A DNA stretch of 42,538 nt, from positions 1 through 42,538 of the forward strand of contig JANVYQ010000013.1 in the NCBI GenBank assembly GCA_030059675.1, in the 5' to 3' direction. A program made the translations under genes and the position numbers. The stretch's first letter is position 1, and every line of letters begins with the position of its first letter. This DNA comes from Candidatus Pelearchaeum maunauluense. GTDB taxonomy: Archaea; Thermoproteota; Nitrososphaeria_A; Caldarchaeales; Caldarchaeaceae. The notes beneath the pieces are model-generated. The model was not told the origin of the DNA, did no database searches, and saw nothing but the letters and a program-made list of their open reading frames with translations. Below are positions 9,736-17,611 of the stretch, in pieces.

Positions 9736-10920
9736 ATGCCCACTCCGCTCACAGCACCGCTTCTTACGATGGCGCTTCTTCTACTGGCTTACCAAAGCCC
9801 ATACACTATAAACACCCCCATAGACGATGGGGAGGTTGATGTCGTAATAGTAACGCCGTATGGTGTTGTGTTTAACCTAACAGCGATAGATGGCGTGTTT
9901 GAAATGAGCCGTCTCGTAAGGGGAGTATATAGCTTAACAGCCTACTGGATGGACATACCCATCGGGTTCTTCGCGGTAGAGCTACGCGATGGTAATAAAG
10001 CCGCTAACGTGAGGCTAGCCATTCTATCGCCCAGCATACAGCTCACCGACCTTAAGAACAGACCCTTAAACCAGGCCATAATACGCTATACAGGCCCAGC
10101 GGGCATAGCTGGCGAGATAAGAACAACAGACGGAACAGCAGCACTGCCACCACTACCAGCAGCAGTCCAATACACGATACAAATCACCTGGAAATCACCA
10201 GCATACAAGACAGAGAGCAGCACAACCATAAGGACATCACTGGACGGCCTAGATAGGATGGGCAGAATCAAGCTCCCCGTGGGCGATGTGTTGTTGAAGG
10301 TTGTGGATACTATGGGAAGACCTATAGCTGGGGCCGCAGTATTCCTGAACGAGGCAAGAGCAAAAACAGACGCGGAAGGCAGGGCTTTATTCGCACAAGT
10401 CCCCCTAGAGAGCGATGGGAAGCCTATAGATTATAGGGTCGTCGTGAGAGACGGAGACGAGATACTGTTTGACGATTTTGTAAGACTCTCAACAACCACA
10501 CCTGAGATAACAATCGTCGTAGGACTACGCGACCTCTCAATATTCGTCAGAGGCTCAGCCGGCCAGCCACTGGCTCATACAATCATCAAGCTATATAGAG
10601 AAGATAAGCTAGTAACGGTAAAAGCAACCGACAGGTCGGGCTTCGCCAAGCTGGAGCAACTAGTCCCAGCTGAATATAGTCTGGAAGTGGATTGGCGCGG
10701 CTATACTGCGCAGAGGAGCATATCACGGGAGGAGCTTATGGCTGGGCGGCCAATAATGATAACCCTACCACCCTACATAGAGATACTAGGAATCCCACTA
10801 ACGTTTGGGACGTTCATAGCGTTCTTAGCTGGAATTATAGCATTGATAATACTCCTAGTCCTAGGAGTTATAGAGCTCCTTCTATGGCGCGGCAGGAGGC
10901 TGGGAATCTACCGCGCATAA
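9736..10920 (+). CDS. Membrane-anchored secreted protein with repeated carboxypeptidase-regulatory-like beta-sandwich domains
   Basis: Hydrophobic N-terminus after the ATG at 9736 (preceded by GGAGG); repeated V.D..GRPI.GA.V...TD..G.A units; C-terminal transmembrane helix and basic tail. Confidence 0.65.
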   Translation: MPTPLTAPLLTMALLLLAYQSPYTINTPIDDGEVDVVIVTPYGVVFNLTAIDGVFEMSRLVRGVYSLTAYWMDIPIGFFAVELRDGNKAANVRLAILSPSIQLTDLKNRPLNQAIIRYTGPAGIAGEIRTTDGTAALPPLPAAVQYTIQITWKSPAYKTESSTTIRTSLDGLDRMGRIKLPVGDVLLKVVDTMGRPIAGAAVFLNEARAKTDAEGRALFAQVPLESDGKPIDYRVVVRDGDEILFDDFVRLSTTTPEITIVVGLRDLSIFVRGSAGQPLAHTIIKLYREDKLVTVKATDRSGFAKLEQLVPAEYSLEVDWRGYTAQRSISREELMAGRPIMITLPPYIEILGIPLTFGTFIAFLAGIIALIILLVLGVIELLLWRGRRLGIYRA

Positions 10921-10962
10921 TTTAAAGCTCAGCCAACACCGCAAACAACCACCGAGCGGAAA

Positions 10963-11886
10963 ATGAAGATACTCATAACAGGCTCAGAGGGCTTCATAGG
11001 CAAGCACCTAACAGAATACCTAAACTCAAGAGGCTACAGCGTCATACGCGTGGATAAAGCCCAGACGGCTGAGATAAGGATAGACCTAACCGAGCCTGAA
11101 GCGGTTTTTAATAGATTGGGAGAGTATTCTTTTGACGCGGTAGTGCACCTAGCTGCCATAGCTGACATACCAGCAACGCTCAAAGACCCCTACACATGCT
11201 ACCGCGTCAATTGCTTCGGCACGCTCAACATGCTTGAGCTGGCTGCACGCAAGTCGGTGAGCCGCTTCATCTACCTATCCTCAGCCAACTACTATGGAGC
11301 GCCCGATAAAGTTCCCGTATCTGAGGAAGACCCGCCAAACCCCAGAACACCATACGACTACTCCAAAGTCGTAGGCGAGAAGCTCGTGGATAGCTACCAC
11401 AAGCATAAGGGACTGCCCACAGCGATACTTAGGCCATGGAAGACCTTCGGCGAATACGAGCAGGAGAACAAGGTTGTTCCTCGCTTTATTAAAGCATGCC
11501 TAATGGGCGAGCCGATACCGCTTTATAACGAGGGACGCGACGCGACAGACCCATACCACGTGGAGAACCTATGCTACGCAATAGAGCTATGCCTCACAAA
11601 AGAAGCGGCAATAGGCAAGGCGTATAACGTTGGAACAGGAAATAGGATAACGATACGCGAGCTGGCAGAAACAATAAAAAGACTAACAAACTCAACATCA
11701 ACCCTCCAACCCCTCCCACCAAGAACAAAAGAAGAAGAAAAACCCCAAGTAAGCATCCCCTCAATCCAAAAAATAACAAAAGAACTAAACTACCAGCCAA
11801 AACTAACCCTAGAACAAGGACTAAACAGAGTCATACAACACATCAAAACTAAAACCTTTAAGAAAAACCAGAACAAACAATTATAG
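10963..11886 (+). CDS. NAD-dependent epimerase/dehydratase (extended SDR)
   Basis: TGSEGFIG, VVHLAA and YDYSK (YxxxK). Confidence 0.9.
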   Translation: MKILITGSEGFIGKHLTEYLNSRGYSVIRVDKAQTAEIRIDLTEPEAVFNRLGEYSFDAVVHLAAIADIPATLKDPYTCYRVNCFGTLNMLELAARKSVSRFIYLSSANYYGAPDKVPVSEEDPPNPRTPYDYSKVVGEKLVDSYHKHKGLPTAILRPWKTFGEYEQENKVVPRFIKACLMGEPIPLYNEGRDATDPYHVENLCYAIELCLTKEAAIGKAYNVGTGNRITIRELAETIKRLTNSTSTLQPLPPRTKEEEKPQVSIPSIQKITKELNYQPKLTLEQGLNRVIQHIKTKTFKKNQNKQL

Positions 11887-11895
11887 AAGATCAAC

Positions 11896-11996
11896 GGGCC
11901 GGTAGATCAGCGGAAGATCGCCCGCCTTGCACGCGGGAGGTCGCGAGTCAGTCCCTGATGGGGCTGGCCGATAAGGTTCAAATCCCGCCCGGTCCA
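11896..11996 (+). tRNA. tRNA-Ala(TGC) with a 29-nt intron (11946-11974) in the T-stem, position 51/52
   Basis: Acceptor GGGCCGG/CCGGTCC with G3:U70; anticodon arm CCCGC-CTTGCAC-GCGGG. The T-arm GCG|GG-TTCAAAT-CCCGC is restored after removing the intron. BHB-type motif: helix GTCG/CGAT, bulges CG|A and AA|G. Confidence 0.92.
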
Positions 11997-12075
11997 TTGG
12001 GGTTTCAAAACCCCCCGGCCCACGTTTAAACAAGCAAGCGTAAAAGGGAAAAAATAGGGAGGAGGTGGCCAGGCA

Positions 12076-12724
12076 TTATCTGACCACCTCAAGTATAGCC
12101 TGCTTCCTGCTAATAGCAAAGCCTACAAGATTTCTGAACCGCTTTATGCTAGCCCTTCTGTAGAATGTATAGTATTATGTTGATAGTCTTTCTACGCCGT
12201 AGTCAGCAGTTTCAAGATAGATAGACTTCAGATGGAGGGGGTTTCCCCAGGCCTAAGGCTCTTCCAAGAGCTCATGGGGGCTTGGGAGGTTCACCCTGAC
12301 AGGTGATGAGGCTGACGAGGGCTCCGATGAACCCATGAGGAGCCCCGAGGTTGATGAATCCCAAGACCTACGTATGCCCATGAAAGACTACGCAGGTCAG
12401 AACCCTTTTGTAACATCTTCTATTGATGGTAAATCGTCGCTTCATTGTTCTTTTGTAAATCTTAGCTTCTATTTCGAGCTTCTTTAGTAACTCGGCTGTA
12501 TATCTAATGATTCTGCAGTTAGCATTTAAAATTCGTATACGTCCAAGATTGGCTGCGTCTTTGGCAACGCTGCCTTCAGCATCTGCTAGTCCTCTTATGA
12601 ACGCGGCCATGCATTCCTTGCAGTGCTCTACGTAAGGCTTAAGCCTCTCTATATCTACAGGCTTCCTCAGCAGCTCGTAAAATTCTCTGCTATATATCTT
12701 GACTATCCATCGCTGAAGACTCAT
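12076..12724 (-). pseudogene. Free-standing LAGLIDADG endonuclease relic: 5'-truncated, interrupted by repeat copy 1, frameshifted
   Basis: AFIRGLADAEGSV motif in the 12368-12724 ORF. The family-like tail YRRASIKRFRNLVGFAISRKQAILEVVR* lies on the far side of the repeat (stop at 12076-12078). Confidence 0.8.
12197..12405 (+). mobile_element. Non-autonomous mini-element, copy 1 (longest; CC...CC bounded; IS607-like)
   Basis: Near-identical to 40005-40175 and 42449-42538 in reverse complement. Removing it plus one CC restores an in-frame TAC AAA AGG CGT AGA AAG in the host gene. Right-end hairpin at 12365-12374/12389-12398. Confidence 0.8.
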
Positions 12725-12885
12725 AAGGGGACAGTTGCAGGGCTACGACCAGCACATGAACCTAGTTCTAGAAGGCGCCGAAGAGCTTCTGGCATAATGG
12801 GCAATCAAATAAGCTAGGCATGATAGTCGTCCGCGGCGACAACATAGTTATGGTTTCTCCTTCTACCATAAAGAAGGAAGAGTAG
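12723..12885 (+). pseudogene. Sm-like protein SmAP1 (Lsm) relic: no N-terminus, one frameshift
   Basis: IRGQLQGYDQHMNLVLEGAEE (Sm1 motif), frame change near 12790, then KLGMIVVRGDNIVMVSP (Sm2 motif); directly upstream of rpl37e, as is typical. Confidence 0.85.
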
Positions 12886-12898
12886 AGGGGATTATTGG

Positions 12899-13039
12899 AT
12901 GGTAAAAGGCACGCCCTCGATGGGTAAATTTCACACACCCACGCATGGACGATGCAGACGATGCGCTCATTGCGGCTTCGGCTCTACGAAGACCTGGCGT
13001 AAATATAGATGGCTCAAAAGCCTCAAAGAAAGAATGTAG
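12899..13039 (+). pseudogene. rpl37e: Ribosomal protein L37e with an in-frame internal deletion in the zinc ribbon
   Basis: [46 protein letters not shown]. Only three Cys remain; about 12 residues between CRRC and CxxC are missing. Confidence 0.8.
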
Positions 13040-13073
13040 CACCTAATTCTCGTAAGCAACACTTGCATCTGTC

Positions 13074-15857
13074 TCACCCAGCTACAAGCTTTCTTATGAC
13101 GTATTGCAGTATCCCTCCATGTTTATAATACTCCACCTCTATCGGCGTTTCTAACCTTGCAATCACGTTAAATGTTATCTCTGTTCCATCATCTTTCTTT
13201 GCTTTTACTTTGAGTTTCTTTCTTGGTGTTAGGCCGTCTGCTATTCCCTCTATGTCGTATGTCTCGTGTCCTGTTAAGCCTAGTGATTTCCAGCTCTGGC
13301 CTTCTTCAAACTGTAGTGGTAGGACGCCCATTCCTACTAGGTTGCTTCTGTGTATTCTTTCGTAGCTCTCTGCTATCACGGCCCTAACGCCTAGGAGGCG
13401 TGTTCCTTTGGCAGCCCAGTCGCGTGAGCTTCCCGCTCCGTATTGCTTTCCTGCCAGGATTATGAGTGGTATGTTCTGCTGCATGTAGCGCATAGCAGCG
13501 TCATAAACGGGCATGACCTCCCCAGTTGGGTGGTAGAGCGTCCACCAGCCCTCCTTATCGGGAACGAGCTGGTTCCTCAGCCTGATGTTGGCGAACGTCC
13601 CCCTTATCATGACCTCGTGATTACCCCGCCGCGCGCCGTATGTGTTAAAATCAACCGGGTCTACACCCATGTCTATGAGGTATCTTCCAGCGGGGCTTGC
13701 TGGCGGTATTGCGCCTGCTGGGGATATGTGGTCTGTTGTTACCCTGTCTCCAAGCAGAACCAGTACCCGCGCCCCCTTTATGTCCGTCGGCGACGGTGGC
13801 TCCAGCTTGATGTCGCTGAAGAATGGGGGCTCGCGTATGTATGTGGAGCGGGTGTCCCACTCGTATATCTCGCCTCTAGGTGATTCTAGGCTCTCCCAAC
13901 GCTCATCACCCCTAAAGACGTCGGCGTATTTACGCTTGAACATCTCTGGGTCTAGAGACTTCCTGATGGTTTCTTTGATTTCTTCCATACTGGGCCATAT
14001 GTCGCGTAGGTAGATTGGGTTGCCGTTTTTGTCGCTTCCTATGGGCTCGTTGAGCAGGTCTATGTCCATACGCCCAGCCAGGCCGTAGGCAACAACCAAG
14101 ATGGGCGACATTAGGAAACTAGCCCTAACCAACGGGTGGATTCTGCCTTCAAAGTTTCTATTACCGCTTAGAACGGCGACGGTGTAGAGGTCGTTATCCT
14201 TTATTGCCTTGGCAACGACTTCGGGAAGCGGGCCGCTATTACCTATGCAGGTAGTGCATCCATAGCCGACGACGTTATACTTAAGGCTCTCAAGATACTT
14301 GGCCAGCCCTGCCCTCTCAAGATATTCTGTTACTACCATGGAGCCTGGCGCTAGGCTTGTTTTGACGTAAGGCTTCACGCTTAGACCTTTTTCCACTGCC
14401 TTCTTGGCTAGGAGGCCAGCTCCTATCATTACTGCAGGGTTTGAGGTGTTTGTGCAGCTTGTTATGGCTGATATGACTACTGCTCCATGCGTTATCTCGG
14501 TCTCTTCACCATCTACACGGAGCTTGACGCTGGGCAGCCCCACTTTGCGGGCTACGGACTGGGCTCCAGCCGCGCCTCCTCCCTCATAAAACCAGACATG
14601 GTCATCCTCCACCTCAACGGATATACCCCTCTGCTTAAGGTAGCTGCTCATTATCTCAATAAACCGCTTCTTCGCCTCGCGTAGTGGTATCCTGTCCTCT
14701 GGATTGGCAGGCCCAGCTATTGAGGGCTCAACCTCGCTCATATCCAGCTCTATGACGGCGCTATACCGCGGCTCGCTGGCCTCGTCGTAGAAGAGGGCCT
14801 GGGTCTTGGCGTATTTCTCAACGAGCTTGATATGCTGCTCCTCGCGGCCTGTGAGTCTGAGGTATGATATTGTCTCCTCGTCTATCGGGAAGAACCCTAC
14901 CGTAGCACCGTATTCTGGGGCCATGTTGGCTACGGTGGCCCTGTCAGCTATGCTGAGCTTCTTGAGGCCTGGGCCGTAGTATTCAACAAACTTGCCTACA
15001 ACTCCGTGTTTTCTGAGCTTCTCGGTTATCGTCAGCACCAGGTCTGTTGCTGTTGAGCCGCGGGGTAGCTCGCCGTCAAGCCTTACCCCCACAACCTCTG
15101 GGATGGGCATGTAGTATGGCTGGCCCAGCATAACCGCTTCTGCCTCAATCCCCCCAACACCCCAGCCGAGAACACCCAGCGCATTAACCATAGGAGTATG
15201 CGAGTCAGTGCCAAGCAGGGTGTCGGGAAAAGCCACACCATCACGAACATCAACAACACGCGCCAAATACTCCAGATTAACCTGATGAACAATACCCCGA
15301 CCAGGTGGCACAACCCTGAAATTCTTGAAAGCCTGCTGAGCCCACTTAAGGAACAGATACCTCTCGCGATTCCTCTCAAACTCCTTCTCAATATTGAGAC
15401 TAAAAGCAGTAGGGGAGCCGAAGAAGTCAACCTGTATTGAGTGGTCTATTACTAGATCAACTGGGACCAGCGGGTTTATCTTGCTTGGGTCGCCTCCCAG
15501 TCTTCGCAGGGCTGAACGCATGGCCGCGAGGTCCACTACCGCGGGCACGCCTGTAAAGTCTTGTAGAAGAACGCGAGTCGGCTTAAATGGGATTTCAGAG
15601 GATTTGGAAGAAACACCAGGCCTCCAAGAAGCCAGACTCCTAACATCATCCTCGGTTACTATCTCATTATCCACGTTGCGCAGAATATTCTCCAGTAAAA
15701 CTCTGATACTATAAGGAAGCTCTGACAGGGTTGTTAAGCCTTTCTTTTCCAGGCTCCTGAGGCTGTAGTATTTTACCTCCAGCCCGTCGGAAGCTAGAGT
15801 AGCCTCTACATGGCTCCTGAGCATCCCACCGCCCTTAAGGCTGCCTGTGAATACCAT
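13074..15857 (-). CDS. acnA: Aconitate hydratase AcnA
   Basis: LQDFTGVP, DSHT, SCTNTSN, GCTTCIGNSG and GSSRDWAAKG. Confidence 0.95.
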   Translation of the reverse strand: MVFTGSLKGGGMLRSHVEATLASDGLEVKYYSLRSLEKKGLTTLSELPYSIRVLLENILRNVDNEIVTEDDVRSLASWRPGVSSKSSEIPFKPTRVLLQDFTGVPAVVDLAAMRSALRRLGGDPSKINPLVPVDLVIDHSIQVDFFGSPTAFSLNIEKEFERNRERYLFLKWAQQAFKNFRVVPPGRGIVHQVNLEYLARVVDVRDGVAFPDTLLGTDSHTPMVNALGVLGWGVGGIEAEAVMLGQPYYMPIPEVVGVRLDGELPRGSTATDLVLTITEKLRKHGVVGKFVEYYGPGLKKLSIADRATVANMAPEYGATVGFFPIDEETISYLRLTGREEQHIKLVEKYAKTQALFYDEASEPRYSAVIELDMSEVEPSIAGPANPEDRIPLREAKKRFIEIMSSYLKQRGISVEVEDDHVWFYEGGGAAGAQSVARKVGLPSVKLRVDGEETEITHGAVVISAITSCTNTSNPAVMIGAGLLAKKAVEKGLSVKPYVKTSLAPGSMVVTEYLERAGLAKYLESLKYNVVGYGCTTCIGNSGPLPEVVAKAIKDNDLYTVAVLSGNRNFEGRIHPLVRASFLMSPILVVAYGLAGRMDIDLLNEPIGSDKNGNPIYLRDIWPSMEEIKETIRKSLDPEMFKRKYADVFRGDERWESLESPRGEIYEWDTRSTYIREPPFFSDIKLEPPSPTDIKGARVLVLLGDRVTTDHISPAGAIPPASPAGRYLIDMGVDPVDFNTYGARRGNHEVMIRGTFANIRLRNQLVPDKEGWWTLYHPTGEVMPVYDAAMRYMQQNIPLIILAGKQYGAGSSRDWAAKGTRLLGVRAVIAESYERIHRSNLVGMGVLPLQFEEGQSWKSLGLTGHETYDIEGIADGLTPRKKLKVKAKKDDGTEITFNVIARLETPIEVEYYKHGGILQYVIRKLVAG

Positions 15858-15892
15858 GATTTAACTCTGTGGCAACAGCTAGATTATGAGGC

Positions 15893-16297
15893 CTAATCTT
15901 CTGAAGGTTCTGGAGAGTAGAGCTCAGCCAGTATATCCCTTACCGATATTACGCCTACCAGCTCCTTATCAGAATTAACCACTACCACATGCCTTATCTT
16001 ATGCTGGTCCATCGTCTTCGCCGCTTCTTCCAGCGTCGCATCCTCATGCAGCGCTATTATATCACGCTTGCACAACGTGCCTACCTTCGCGTCAAGGCCC
16101 TTACCCACAGCCAACGCTCTTATAACATCCCTCTCAGACAGGACGCCGACCATCTTCCCGCCCTCCATAACCACGAGAAAGCCTATGTTCTCAACCGCCA
16201 TCAGCTTGATAACATCATGCACAGTACTATCTCCATCTATGGTTATTGGCTTCTTCCTAACCATATCCTTCAGTCTCATTAAAACCTCAGAATACAT
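15893..16297 (-). CDS. CBS-pair domain protein
   Basis: Two CBS repeats (VGVLSERD, VGVISVRD); the start may be the ATG at 16279. Confidence 0.88.
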   Translation of the reverse strand: MYSEVLMRLKDMVRKKPITIDGDSTVHDVIKLMAVENIGFLVVMEGGKMVGVLSERDVIRALAVGKGLDAKVGTLCKRDIIALHEDATLEEAAKTMDQHKIRHVVVVNSDKELVGVISVRDILAELYSPEPSED

Positions 16298-16328
16298 GAT
16301 GGTGGTATATATCGTCTAACCAGATTAT

Positions 16329-16446
16329 TGGTGCGGGGGGTGGGATTTGAACCCACGAACCCCTTCGGGAGCAGGTCTTGAGCCTGCCGCTTTCAAGGGG
16401 AGCTTTCCTTTGTTGCTCCTCTTTGACCAGGCTCGGCTACCCCCGC
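16329..16446 (-). tRNA. tRNA-Leu(CAA) with encoded CCA and a 30-nt intron (16391-16420) in the D-stem, position 23/24
   Basis: Minus strand: GCGGGGGTAGCCGAGCCTGGTCAAAG|intron|GCGGCAGG-CTCAAGA-CCTGC, long variable arm, GTGGGTTCAAATCCCAC. BHB-type helix TCAA/TTGA with bulges AG|A and AA|G. Confidence 0.92.
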
Positions 16447-16474
16447 CCAGAGTATATTATCCTGCTGCTGGTTT

Positions 16475-16753
16475 TTAGGGTTTTGTTATTGTTCTTAGCT
16501 CTTCGTGTAATGTTGTGAGGGCTTGGGCTAGTTTTGTCTCTCTTCTTAGGGTTATCAGCTTAACGCCTTCCAGGTTTGCCGACTGTATTAAGCCTAGGTT
16601 TTCCAGGTTGGCTGTTACCCGCGCTACTGTTGATGGCGCCAGTCCTGTCATCCTCGCGAGGTGGTTTTGGCTAAATCCCTTGCCGCGGTTCTCTATCAGG
16701 AATTGTATGAGCTTGGCATGTGCTTTTGATGCGAATATCTCGTCAAGCTTCAT
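16475..16753 (-). CDS. Winged helix-turn-helix protein
   Basis: SQNHLARMTGLAPSTVARVTANLENLGLI helix-turn-helix pattern. Confidence 0.75.
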   Translation of the reverse strand: MKLDEIFASKAHAKLIQFLIENRGKGFSQNHLARMTGLAPSTVARVTANLENLGLIQSANLEGVKLITLRRETKLAQALTTLHEELRTITKP

Positions 16754-16756
16754 GCG

Positions 16757-17446
16757 CTATCCCCTTACTATTGTCCCAGCGCTTCTGCCGAGTATAGCCT
16801 CCCTGACCGTCTCCAGCTTGCTGCCATTCACGTAGTAGAGCGGTATCTTGACTCTCTTTAGCATGGCGAGGCCTACGGCATCTATTACTGGATACTCGCC
16901 AGCCCGCTGTGAGAAGCCCTGCATCATGCTCTCCAGCTCCTCGTAGGAGAGCTGCTTTATGAGCCGCGCATCTTTTGAGCGCTTGGGGTCTTCTGTGTAT
17001 ATTCCATCAACGTCTGTCGCGACTACTATCCGCTCCGCTTTTATGAGCGAGGCCGCTAGGGCTGAGACGGCCATGGTTGACTGGCCTGGCTGCATGCCTC
17101 CTGTTATTACTATCTTTCCCCTGCCTGTTAGGGTTTTTAGCTCTTCCATGGATGTTGGTATTGCTTGCTCGGCCGTGTCGCCTAGTGCCAGTGCTAGGAG
17201 CTCCGCGTTGGCTCTTGTGAGCCTTACCGCGAGCATGTCGCATCTTGTTTCATCAGCCCCCAGCTCTCGCGCGGCCCTTACGTAGCGTCTAGCGACATGG
17301 CCGCCGCCGACCACGATAACCCACTTACCAGAGCCATCATAAAGCTCGCGGATGAGCCGCGCATACTCCCTAAGAAGTCCGATATCCACATCCTCACCAA
17401 AGAGGAGGTGCCCGCCCAGCTTGATGACTATGTTCAAAGACCCCAT
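16757..17446 (-). CDS. pyrH: UMP kinase
   Basis: VIKLGGH, VVGGG, GGMQPGQST and TDVDGIYTEDP. Confidence 0.92.
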   Translation of the reverse strand: MGSLNIVIKLGGHLLFGEDVDIGLLREYARLIRELYDGSGKWVIVVGGGHVARRYVRAARELGADETRCDMLAVRLTRANAELLALALGDTAEQAIPTSMEELKTLTGRGKIVITGGMQPGQSTMAVSALAASLIKAERIVVATDVDGIYTEDPKRSKDARLIKQLSYEELESMMQGFSQRAGEYPVIDAVGLAMLKRVKIPLYYVNGSKLETVREAILGRSAGTIVRG

Positions 17447-17611
17447 CCAAGGGTGTTTTGGGTGTATGAGAGGCTTAAAGGGTTAACGTCTCTCGGTGGG
17501 GAAACCTATTTTATTAAGGAGAGGGATTCTTAGGTTTGATTGAGTGGGTTGAAGCTGGCTTTGCATAGCCTATCCTAGTTGGTGGCTCCTTTTCTGCGGG
17601 GTTTCTTAGCC

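Noticed and set aside
11907-12119. 70-aa minus-strand ORF
   Set aside because: It overlaps tRNA-Ala and is spurious.
12296-12360. Conventional C/D box guide sRNA
   Set aside because: C- and D-like boxes are present but not in a clean C-D'-C'-D order, and they lie inside a multicopy insertion.
12197-12405. CRISPR array as an explanation for the repeats
   Set aside because: The copies are long and dispersed, with no repeat-spacer periodicity, and no cas genes are present.
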